The position numbers and the translations under genes are program-made. The notes under the pieces were generated by a model. The model was not told where the DNA came from. It made no database searches and worked only from the letters and a program-made list of their open reading frames with translations. From the human T2T-CHM13v2.0 reference genome, Homo sapiens: a stretch of DNA of 64,000 bases. The stretch is taken from NCBI RefSeq assembly GCF_009914755.1, contig NC_060931.1; one strand, given 5' to 3'. Within the stretch, counting starts at the first letter, position 1, and each line of letters opens with the position of its first letter. Of this stretch, positions 27,101 through 40,573 are shown piece by piece.

Positions 27101-28604
27101 TTAATTCTGAAATGAGTTAAGACTTGGGGGACTGTTGAGAAGGGATAGTTGTATTTTGCAATGTGAGAAGGACATGAGATTGGGAGGGGCCAAGGGTAGA
27201 ATGATATGGTTTGGATTTGTGTCCCTGCCCAAATATCATGTCAAATTTTAATACCCAGTGTTGGAGGAAGGGCCTGGTGGGAAGTGATTGGATCATTGGG
27301 GTGGACTTCTCCCTTGCTGTTCTTGTGATAGTGAGTTCTCATGAGATCTGGTTGTTTGAAAGTGTGTGGCATCTCCCCCTTTACTCACTCTTCCTCTTGC
27401 TCCAGCCATGTAGGACATGCCTTCTTCCTCTTCTTCTTCCACCATGGTTGTAAGTTTCTTGAGGCCTCCACAGCCATGCTTCCTGTACAGCCTGTGGAAC
27501 TGTGAGTCAATTAAACCTCTTTTTTTATTATAAGTTTCCAAGTCTCAGATAGTTCTTTATAGCAATGTGAAAATGGACTAATAGAAGTCTTTAATCCATC
27601 TCGAGTTGATTTTTGTATATGGCATAAGAAAGGGGTCCTGTTTCAATCTTTTGCATATGGCTAGCGAGTTTTCCCTGCATCATTTATTGAATCCTTTTCC
27701 CATTGCTTGTTATTGTAATCTTTGTCAAAGATCAGATGGTTGTAGATGTATAGCTTTATTTCTAGGTTCTATAACCTGTTCTATTGGTTTATGTGTCTAT
27801 TTTGTACCAGTACCATGCTCTTTTGGACACTAATATTGTAGCCTTGTAGTTTGAAGTTGGGTAAGGTGATGCTTCCAGCTTTGTTCTTTTTGCTCAGAAT
27901 TGCCTTGGCTATTTGGCCTCCTTTTTGTTCCATCTGAATTTTAGAATAGTTTTTTTTTTTTCTAATTCTGTGAAGAATGTCATTGGTAGTTTGGGAAGAA
28001 TAGCACTGAATGTGTAATTTGCTTGGAACCATATGGCCATTTTGACAATATTGATTATTCTTATCCATGAACATGGAATACTTCTCCATTTGTCTGTGTC
28101 ATCTCTGATTTCTTTCAGCAGTATTTTGTATTTCGTGTAGAGATCTTTCTCCTCCCTGGTTAGCTGTATTCCTAGATATTTTATTTTTGTGTGGCTATTG
28201 CAAGTGGGGTTGCATTACTGATTTGGCACCCAACTGGGATGTTGTTGGTGTATAAAATTTTACTGATTTTCATACATTGATATCCTGAAACTTTGCTGAA
28301 CTTTTTTTTATCAGACCTGGGAGCTTTTCAGCAGAGACTATGGGGGTTTCTAGACATAGAATGATATCATCTGCAAAGAGATAGTTTTACTTCATCTCTT
28401 TTTTATTTAGATGCCTTTCATTTTTTTCTCTCCCCTGATTGCTATGGCTAGAACTTTCAATACTATGTTGAATAGGAGTGGTAAAAGTGACCACCATTGT
28501 CTTGTTCTGGTTCTCAAGGGAAATGCTTCCAGCTTTTGCCCATTCAGTTTGATGTTGCCTGTGGGTTTGTCATAGAATGCTCTTATTATTTTGAGGTATG
28601 TTCT
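24103..28604 (-). mobile_element. L1PA15/16-like element, 5'-truncated in ORF2 and split by an MSTA provirus
   Basis: 3'UTR and ORF2 antisense sequence at 24103-25237 and 27586-28604 join as taagtct|ttaatccatc. Confidence 0.92.
25238..27585 (+). mobile_element. MSTA MaLR provirus (5'LTR 25238-25614, internal 25615-27201, 3'LTR 27202-27585)
   Basis: Two TGATATGGTTTGGAT LTRs; MaLR ORF remnant (LIGNWSKGH..ELERDDL); polypurine tract 27181-27201; perfect 5-bp TSD agtct at 25233-25237 and 27586-27590. Confidence 0.95.
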
Positions 28605-30073
28605 AAAGAGTAGAACATAATCATACTAATTACATAGTCATATTAATCTGACATCAATCCCAAAGATAAACTGGCATGGGTAGCAGTCATACACCTCCTG
28701 GGTATAAGACTAGAGCTCCCGGGTCAGGGGCGGATGACCATCTTTGCTGATTCACAGCCTCAGCCATTGTGGCCTTAGGGCTCTAGGGAGTCCAAGGCAA
28801 CTAGATCCTGGAGTGGCACAGCTGCTGCATACTGCAGCAGCCCTATGGAAAAGTGTTAAGTCTGTTACATGGGTGCCTGTTTCCATACCTCCTCAAATGG
28901 GCAGGTCCTCTTGTCCTGGATCTCCAGCAACTCCCTGCTGGGAATATCGAGCCAGTAGCAGCTCTGCAACTCCTTGGACAGAGCTCTCAATGGGAGGGAT
29001 AGGTTGGCATCTTTGCTGTCTTGCTGCCTTCACCTTTCCTGTCTCCAGGCTTGGGAGAGTCTGTGTGGACCGAGGGCTGGTCTGGACCCCCAGCACAGAG
29101 GAACTACCTCACAGAAAAGTGGCCAGACTGTTCTCCATGGCCAGACTGTTCTCCATGCAGATCCTGGTCCTCACCTCTCCTAACTGGGTAGGGCTGCTCA
29201 ACCTGGAACTCTAGCACAACCATTCTTACCCCACACGATCACTGCAATCAGAGACAGCCCAGCATTTCTCCAAGGAGGAAACCCCAAAGTCAACCCACAA
29301 CACCTCTGCCCCTACAGTGGTGCGGCCCTACAGCCCTAACAGCCCAGAGAAGGAACAAAGAGCCTAGTTATTACACTGGCACTTTCAGCACGCTGCAGCC
29401 ACCATACGGAGAGGAGTCCAGCCCCTCTTCCCTGGGAACCCTCACCCTCACTTTTCACCAGGCAAGGCCCCTGGCTCATGAATGCAGAACAGTTGCCCCA
29501 TCCATGGCTAAGCATACCCACTGGTAGTGGACTGGAGTTTCCCTGGGGAGAGACTCCTAGATACTTACAACAGCCCCTCTGCCACTGCCACAGTAATAGT
29601 TCTATTTCTGCTGCCCTTGGTTTGAGGAAGAAACAAAGAGCCTGAGAGCTACACTCAAGCTTACAGCATGCCACAGCCACCATACAGAGAAGAGGCCAAT
29701 CTCTTTTGCTTATGAGCCTTCAACACCCTGTTCCCTAACAACTGTAACCCCAAGGTCATGCCAGGAGTACAGCCACCCCAGCCCACTGGCTGAACACCCT
29801 CACTAACAGCAGCTCCACATTTCTTGGAGGTGGAGCCCCCAAGGGTAACTAAAAGCCTCTGCCACTCCTTCTGCAGTGGAACTGCCCTTGTCACTATCAG
29901 ACTAGTGAATGAACAAAGACCCTAAGTGCCTTATCTGCACCTCCAACAAACTGCAGTCAACCCAAGGAGAGGAGAGGTTTGTCTCCCATAGGTGCCCCTC
30001 ACTCTGTGCTTGTCACCAGACAGGAAATCCTGGACTTTGGCTCACAGAATAAACGCTCATCCTGGGCTGATTG

Positions 30074-30701
30074 TGAAGTGGCATCGTTGTCTGGGGTCTA
30101 CTCAAGATTTGTTGTCTCTGAGCTATAGAAAACTAGGATACAGACACAAGAGTGATGTTCAGAGTGGAAGTCTAATAGGTGAGAAAAGGAGAGAAGCTCT
30201 CGCTACAGAGAAGGGTCCTAGAGAAATGGGTTGCCACTTCTGTGATGAAATGCAGCGGGTTTGATAGATGAGCCTGAGGAGCTGGTGTCTGATTTACATA
30301 GAATATGCAAAATTGGTTGGACCAGGTGTGCTATTTGCATAGGGTGTGAAAATCTGGCCGCTCCCACCTAATCTTTTATTATGCAGATGGGTTCTCTGCC
30401 TTGCTGGCATCATGTTGCCTGTTTCTTTACTGTACACGTGGTGAAAAAGAGAAGGGAAGATGGAGCCTCCATGTTGAACATACCTGGCCCCCAGGTAGCC
30501 ATCTTCTATTGGCACAGCTGCTGGCATTCACCTGTGCAATCTTCCAGCTTGCTTATCTATGTTTGCAACTCGATTTTTCAGGCTGCTCTTTGTTAGAAAA
30601 GAAATGATTTTTTAAGCTGCTTTTTGTTAAAAGGGAAATTCTGCTGAGACTCTTTTACCTTCACTATCTGCCTAAATAATTTCTTTCTATCTCCTGTATC
30701 A
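30074..30701 (-). mobile_element. LTR9/LTR9B solo LTR (ERV1, HUERS-P3 group) inserted in the L1 5'UTR
   Basis: Reverse of TGATAC..AGAAAGAAATTATTTAGGCAGATAGTGA; TG...CA termini; 4-bp TSD attg at 30070-30073 and 30702-30705. Confidence 0.88.
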
Positions 30702-33700
30702 ATTGCATTGAGCAAGTGCTGACCTGCATCTCCTTGTGGTGGAGCCCCCAGTAGACAAGCAAAAGACTTTTGGCCACAACCACTACTAAGGTCCCTTCCT
30801 TTGCTGCCTTCAAGTTGGGGAAGGAAAATACACCTTGAGATCACCCCAGAGTTGAAGTGGGCAGCCCAGGAGTGCCAAGCTGTGATCTACAGCTAGCACT
30901 ACAGTGGGAGAGGAACCCATACTTTCAGAGCATTGAGAGGGACCAAAGTTGCAACTCTGAGGAAATCTAGGGGAGCCACATGACCAAGCAAGATCAACTG
31001 ACCAGTACACCTAAGCGCCACCTACTGTATCACATCCCAAAGCTGTAACACCAAAAATACCTTGCTAACATGAAACCAAAGACAAGAAGTTAGCTTCAAA
31101 TAAAGACCCTGCACAAAGCCTTGCCCTATGAAAACATCTAGAAAATAAGTCTATTTACTGTACTCAGTGTGCGCTGCAGTTAAAGGAACACCCACATGCA
31201 GAGATGAGAAAAAAACCAATGCAAGAACTCCAATAACTCAAATGACCACAGTGTCGCATGTCCTCCAAATGATCGCAGCAGTTCTTCAACAGGGTTCTTA
31301 ACCAGGCTGACCTGACTGAAATGACAGAGATAGAATTCAGAATATGGATGTAAATGAAGATCATCAAAATTCAGGAGAATGGTAAAAAGTGATCCAAGAA
31401 AACTAAGAATCACAATTAAATAATACAGGAGCCGAAAGATAAAACAGCTGTTATAAAAAAGAACCGAACATATCTGACAGAGCTGAAAAACACACTGCAA
31501 GAATTTCACAATGCAATCACAAGTATTAACAGCAGAATAGACGAAGCAGAGGAAAGAATTTCAGAACTTGAAGATTGGCTTTTTGTAATAAGACATTCAG
31601 ACAAAAATAAAGAAAATGAATGAAAAGGAAGGAACAAAACCTTGAGAAATATGGGGTTATGTGAAGAGGCCAAAATCTACAAATCACTGGCATCCCTCAA
31701 AGGGATGGGGAGAAAACAAACAACTTGGAATACCTATTTAAAGATATTTTCATGAAAAATTCCCCAACCTTGCTACAGAAGCCAACAGTCAAATTCAGAA
31801 AATACAGAGAACCCCTACCAGGTTCTACACAAGCTCATTATCCTCAAGACACGTAATCATTGGATTTTCCAAGCTTGAAATGAATGAAAGAAGTTAAAGG
31901 CAGCTAGAGAGAAAGGGCAGGTCACCTATAAGGGGAACCCCATCAGGCTAATAGCAGACCTCTCAGCTCAAACCCTGCAAGTCAGAAGAAATTGGCGGTC
32001 TCTATTCAACATTTTAAAGAAAAAAGTCTTCAACCAACAATTTCATATCCAACCAAACTAAGATTTCCAAGTAAAAAAGAAGTAAGATCATTTTCAGATA
32101 AGCAAATGTTGAGGGAGTTAGTTACCTCCAGACTTTCCTTATAAGAGATCTTGAAAGGAGCACTAAATAAAGGAAAAACTGTTACCAGCTAATACAACAC
32201 ACTTAAATACACAGACCAGTGACACTGTAAAGCAATCACACAAACAAGCCAGCTTAATAACCTGTAACACACAGCATAATAACCTGTAACAACACAATAA
32301 CCAGTAATAACCTGTAACAACACAATGACAGGATAAAATCCACATATATTAATACTAATGTTGAATGTAAATGGGATAAATCCTTCGTTTAAAAGACACA
32401 GAGTGGCAAGCTTGGATAAAAAAGCAAGACCCAATGGCAAGATGTCTTCCAGAGACTGTCTCACACATAATGACACCCATCAGCTAAAAATAAAGGGATG
32501 CAGGAAAATCTACCAAGCAAATGGAAATCAGAAAAAAGCAGGGGTTGCAATTCTATTTTCAGATAGAACAGACTCTAAAAAAACAATGAGCGAGAAAGAC
32601 AAAGAAGAGCATTACATAATGGTAAAAGGTTCAATTCAACAAGAAGACTTAACTATCCTAAATATATTTGCACCCAATACAAGAGTACCCAGATTCATAA
32701 AGCAACTTTTAGAGGCCCACAAAGAGATTTAGACTCCCACAGAATAATAGTAGGAGACTTCAACACTCCACTAGCAGTATTAGAGAGATCGAGGCAGAAA
32801 ATTAACAAACATATTTGCGACCTGAACTCAACATTAGACCAAATGGATCTGGTAGATATCTACAGAACTCTTCACCCCTAAACAACAGAATATAAATTCC
32901 TCACATCACCACATGGAATTTACTCTAAAATCTACCACATATGTCCATAAACTGGACATAAAACAATCCTCAACAAATGCGAAAGAATTGAAATTATACC
33001 AGGTACACACAGGGACCACAGCACAATATAAACATAAGTCAAGATTTTAAAAAAATCACTTAAAACTATGCGATTACATTGGCAATAAGCTCCTGAATAA
33101 CTTTTGGGAAAGGATGAAATTCAGGCAGAAATTAAAAAGATTTTTGAAAATAATGAGAACAAAATTACAACATACCAGAATCTCTGGGACATAGCTAACA
33201 CAGCGCTGAGGGAAATTCGTAGCACTAAATGCCCACATCATAAAATTAGAAAAATTTCAAGTTAACAACCTAACTGAACTTGTTGTTTCAAGTGAACAAC
33301 ACAACTGAAAGAATTAGAGAAGCAAGAACAAATCAACCCCAAGGCTAGCACAATACAATAAATAAACAAAATCAGAGTTGAACTGAAGGAAGCCAAAATA
33401 TGAAAAACCATTTAAAAGATCAACAAATCCAGGAGTTGATTCTTTTTAAATAATAACGTAGATAAGCCTCTAGCTAGACTAATAAAAAAGAATATGCAAA
33501 TAAACACAATTAGAAATGACAAAGGAGATGGTACCGCTGACCCCACAGACATAAAAATAACCATCACAAACTCCTATAAACACCTCTATGCACACAAACT
33601 AAAAAACGGAGAAGAGATGGGTAAATTCCTGGACACATACACCTTCCCAAGACTGAACCAGGAAGAAATTGATTCCCTGAACAGACCAATAACAAATTCC

Positions 33701-34754
33701 AATGTTGAATGCATAATAAATAGCCTACCCTACCAACTGAAAAAAAAAAGCCCAGGACCAGAAGGATTCACAGAATAATTATACCAGATGTACAAATAAG
33801 AGCAAGTGCCATTCCTGCTGATACTGTTACAAAAAATTGAGGAAGAGGAACTTCTACCCTACTCGTTCTATGTGGGCAGCACCATCCTGATACCAAAACC
33901 TGGCAGAGACACAATAAAAGAAGAAAACTTCAAGCCAGTAACACTATGCAATAATCCTCAACAAATTCACCACCATCAAGCAGGCTTCATCTCTGGTATG
34001 CAAGGTTGATTCAACCTATGCCAATCAATAAATGTGATTCATCACATAAACAAAACTAAAAAAAAGATAATCTCAATAGATGCAGAAAAACTTTTGATAA
34101 AATTAAACATTCCTTCACGTTAAAAACTCTCTATAAACTAGATATTAAAGGAACATACCCCAAAATAATAACAGTCATCTATGAAAGATGACACAGCCAA
34201 TATTATTTTGAATGGGGAAAAGCTGGAAGCATTCCCCTTGAAAAGCAGCACAAGATAAGGATGTCCTTTATCTCCACTCCCATTCAACATGGTATTGGAA
34301 GTCCTGGTCAGAACAATCAGGCAACAGAAAGAAAGAAAGTGCATCCAGATAGGAAGAGAGGAAGTCAAACTATCCATCTTTGCAGACAACATGTTTCTAT
34401 ACCTAGAAAACCACATAGTCTTGGCCCAAAAGCTCTGTAAGCTGTTAAACAACATCAGCAAAGTCTCAGGATACAAAATCAATGTACAAAAATCACTAGC
34501 ATTGCTACACACCAATAATAGTCAAGCCAAGAGCCAAATTGGGAAGACAATCCCATTCACAATTGCCACCAAAAATAAAATACAGCTAACCAGGGAGGTG
34601 AAAGATCTCTACAATGAGAATTACAAAACACTGCTTGAAGAAATCAGAGATGACATAAACACATGGAAAAACATTCCATGCTTATGGTTAGGAAGAATCA
34701 ATATCATTAAAATGGCCATACTACCCAAAGCAATTTACACATTCAATGCTATTT

Positions 34755-35101
<347 letters not shown>

Positions 35102-36879
35102 TGACATTCTTCACAGAAGTAGAAAAAGCTATTTTAAATTCATTTGGAACCAAAAAAGGTCCCAAATAGCCAAGGCAATCCTAAGCAAAAAGAACAAAGC
35201 TGGAGGCATCACGTTATCCAACTTCAAACTATACTACAGAGCCACAGTAAACAAAACAGCATGGTACTGCTACAAAAACAGAAACATGGACCAATGAAAC
35301 AGAATAATAGAGAGTCCAGAAATAAGACCTATGACTGTGTGATCTTTGACAAGGATGACAAAAACAAGCAGTGGGGAAAATAGTCCCTGTTTAATAAATG
35401 GTGCTGGAAGCAAAAGGTTGAAACTGGACCACTTCCTTACACCATATGCAAAAATCAACTCAAGGTGACTTAGACTTAAATGTAAAACCCCAAACTATAA
35501 AATCCCTGGAAGACAACCTAGACAATACCATCCTGGAATAGAAATGGGAAAAGATTAGTGACAAAGGTGCCAAAAAGAATTGCAACAAAAGCAAAAATTG
35601 ATGAGTGGGATGCAATTAAACTTAAGAGTTCCTGCACAGCAAAAGAAACTATCATCAACAGAATAAACAACCTACAGAATGGGAGGAAAGTTTTGCAAAC
35701 TATGCATCTGACAAAGGTTTAATATCCAGCATCTATAAGGGACTTAAACAAATTTACAAGAGAAAAACAACCTCATTAAAAAGAGGGCAAAGGACAGGAA
35801 CAAACTTTTTTTAAGATAAGGCATACATGTGGCCAAGAAGCTTATGAAAAAAACCTCAATATCACTGATCATTAGAGAAATGCAAATCATAACCAAAATG
35901 AGATACCATCTCACATCAGTCAGAATGGCTATTATGAAAAAGTAAAAAAAAAAACAGATACTGATGAGATTGTAGAGAAAAGTGAACACCACTTTTGGTG
36001 GGAGTGTAAATTAGTTCAACCATTGTGGAAAGCAGTATGATGATTTCTCAAAGAGCTAAAAACAGAACTACCATTTGACCCAAGAATTTCATTACTGGGT
36101 ATATACCCAAAGGAATAAAAATTATTCTACCATAAATACACATGCATACAAATGTTCATTGCAGCACTATTTACAATAGCGAAGACATGGTGTTAACTTC
36201 AATGCCCATCAATGACAAATTGCATGAAGAAAATGTGGCCTACATACACCATAGAATACTATGCACACACAAAAAAGAATGAGATCATGTCTTTTGCAGG
36301 AAAATTGATGAAGCTGGGGGCCACTATCTTTAGCAAACTTGACACAGGAAAAGAAAGCCAAATACCATATGTACTCACTTATAAGTGGGAGCTAAATGGT
36401 GATAACTAATGAACACAAAGAAGGGAGCGATAGACACTGGGGTCCACTTGAGGTACAGGGCGGGAGGAGGGAGAAGAGTAGAAAAGATAAATATTGGGTA
36501 CTAGGCTTAGCATCTGGGTGATGAAATAACCTGTACAACAGACCCCCATGATATGAGTTTACATATGTTTCAAACCTGCACATGTACCCCTGAGCCAAAA
36601 ACAAAAGTTTCAAAAATTTCTTTTTTGTTCTTTAGCATAGTTTCATAATTTTTTATATGGTATATTCTCATGTCTTGGTAAGTGTATTAATAGAAATTGT
36701 ATATTTTTGTTGTGTCCCAAGCTTCCTCTATAATTTTATTTTTTAAGTAAATTCTTTTTATGTGAGCTTAAAAATAATTCCTTATTGTTTACCAGGATTA
36801 TGACTGAAGATTATATATAAACTTTTAAAAATCTCAGTTTCTTTATTTGTGTGATAGAGATAAGGAGAGTCATTACATT

Positions 36880-37375
36880 TCATGTATCTTATCATATTTA
36901 CAAACTCTTTCTTTGTGCCAGTCACTCCTGTAGCAGACTCCAGGAGAAGAGAAGTCACAAAGACGACTGGTTTTTGCCTTGATGGAGCTTACAGTCTAGA
37001 AGAGAAGATAGATATTAAACAAAGTCTTCACCTACAATGATGGGAAGACTACAAAAGGGAAGTGAACGTTTTATTAGAGCAATTAATGGAGAATTAATGA
37101 ATTAATTTGGGTATAAGACTGTAGTGTCAAAGAAAGCCTCCCTAGGGAAGAAATGTTTCAAGTGTAACTTGGGAAATGAGTAAGAGTTGACCAGTGAACT
37201 GGAGGCAGAGTGATTCTGGCATAGAAAAAAAGCTCATGCCAGTTCTTTAGGGTATTCATAAAACCAAAGGAAAGGTTGAATATCTAAAGGGAGATGTGTT
37301 TAGGGAGGGTGGCATAAAATGAGACTGGAAAAATGATCAGAGGCCAAATATCAAAGGGTCTTAAAGATGAATTTT
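36880..37375 (-). mobile_element. L2 3' fragment
   Basis: tttgtgccagtcact...tgccttgatggagcttacagtctag...tcaaagaaagcctccctag. Confidence 0.7.
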
Positions 37376-37401
37376 TAGAGTCAGATAGGGTGATACTAAT
37401 A

Positions 37402-37461
37402 TTAGGTTGGTGCAATAGTAATTTAATGGCAAAAACTCCAATTACTTTTGCACCAACCTAA
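37402..37461. mobile_element. MADE1 (Hsmar1 MITE), internally deleted
   Basis: TIRs ttaggttggtgcaa...ttgcaccaacctaa flanked by TA. Confidence 0.92.
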
Positions 37462-37576
37462 TATTTATGTGAAACCATGATTGTCCTGACTTGGTGAGAT
37501 TTTTTTAAAGCAAAGTTTCTATAACTTCCTAATTCTAGTTTATGTTTATTCTCTTCAAAAGCATACGTTATTTATT

Positions 37577-37843
<267 letters not shown>

Positions 37844-38123
37844 CATAAGTTATTTATTAATCTTGTGCGTTGGTACCAGAAAAACTTTAAAATTTCAGAA
37901 AAATTTTAAATTTTCTTCCATGAAGGTTTATGAGAAGGCCAGTCACATAAATAAAAGGTAGGAAATGAATCTACTACATATATAATCCTGACAAAAAATC
38001 CTTTTTTTACCTGAAATCAAATATATATTCAATTAAAACTATTTTGAGGATCTGAGACACTTAAGTCAGCTCTGTTTTTTCTTTCTGTTACTACTGTAGA
38101 AATGTTTCTAAAACTCTGTTCTT

Positions 38124-38402
<279 letters not shown>

Positions 38403-38489
38403 ACAACTGTTCTTGCGATTCATGTGTATGGATTTACCTATAAAGAGAAAACAAGATCTAATTAAAAGCAAATAATAGCAATATGTTGA

Positions 38490-39320
<831 letters not shown>

Positions 39321-39699
39321 TTCTTGTCTACACCAGAAGTAAAACACTATATTAAAGATGAGAAACACATCATTATTACTCTGTTACTATTATTATAGCT
39401 TTTTGTTTTATCAACTTCATATATAAATTAAGTAACAGATAAAATGGGTTTTAAACTCTGAAAAGTATGAAAATTGTGGCATGTTAATCTGCTTTAGAAC
39501 CAGAATTATAATTACCCCTTGCTTATCTGTAGTTTACATTTATAAAATTGTAGATAGAAGCAGACATTGTAAGAGTTCATTATAAGTCAATATGTTGAAC
39601 ATCTCATTGTTTCTCTGTTGTTTGTTACAATACCAAAATATATTATTCATAGACTCACAAGCTTAGAAACATCATTTTGAGTGTTTCAAAAACCGGTTT

Positions 39700-40060
39700 T
39701 GGAGTTTCTGGTTTTAGCTTTGTCCTAAGACCTTGGAAGTTCTCACTCACATCTTAAAGAAAAACAAAAAAATCTGATCAAACTGAAACCCAGTGACATT
39801 TTTGGACCCATCAGAAGACTGAACTCATGGGGCAAGTGTGATTACCCCAAAATCTATAGACAGGCAAATCCAGAGTAACAGTTTACATCTTCTTACCTGA
39901 GCCATCTGAAGACTTGTACTGGTAGAAACACAAGGTAATTTTGAGGAATTGCTGGAGGCTGAGTGTGGACTAATATGAGAGTGAGGATTTCTTTGGGGGA
40001 GGTTATAGGCTTTTTAAGGGGTTACATTCTTGGGGGAGGTTACACTATTGTGAACTTTAA
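39700..40060 (+). mobile_element. Old L1M 5'-end fragment
   Basis: ggtaattttgaggaattgctggaggctgagtgtggacta motif typical of L1M 5' ends. Confidence 0.55.
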
Positions 40061-40063
40061 GTC

Positions 40064-40570
40064 TGTATTAGACAGGGTTCTCCAGAGAAACCAATAAGAT
40101 AGATAGATATAGATATAGATAGATGATAATGATAGATAGACCGATAGATAGATAGATAGACAGACAGATAGAGATAGAGAGATATATGAGAGGGGATTTA
40201 TTAGGTGAATTGACTCATGAGATTATGGAGGCTGAGAAATTTTACATTAGGCCATCTTTAAGCTGGAGAACCAGGGAAGCTGGCTCAGTCCAAGTCAAAA
40301 GGCCTCAGAACATGGAAGCCGATGGTATAACTCTCAGTCTGAGGCCAATGGCCTGAGAAACTGAGGGACCACTGGTGTAAGTCCCAGAGCCCAAAGGCCA
40401 GAGACCTGGAGTTCTGAGAGAAGCAGGAGAAGTAGAGTGCCTCAACTCTAGGAGAGAGAAAGGGAATTTGCCTTTTTGCTCTATTCAGGCCCTCAGTTGA
40501 TTCATGGTGCCCTCCCACACCAGGTGAGGGCACATCTTCTCTACTTAGTACACTGATTCAAATGCCAATC
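40064..40570 (-). mobile_element. MLT2B LTR (ERVL), truncated; contains (GATA)n at 40096-40186
   Basis: tgtattagacagggttctccagagaaa...ggaggctgagaa...ggctcagtccaagtc...gattcaaatgccaatc. Confidence 0.88.
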
Positions 40571-40573
40571 ATG

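Noticed and set aside
32255-32324. CRISPR-like repeat-spacer array
   Set aside because: Only three short units with no unique regular spacers, inside a primate L1.
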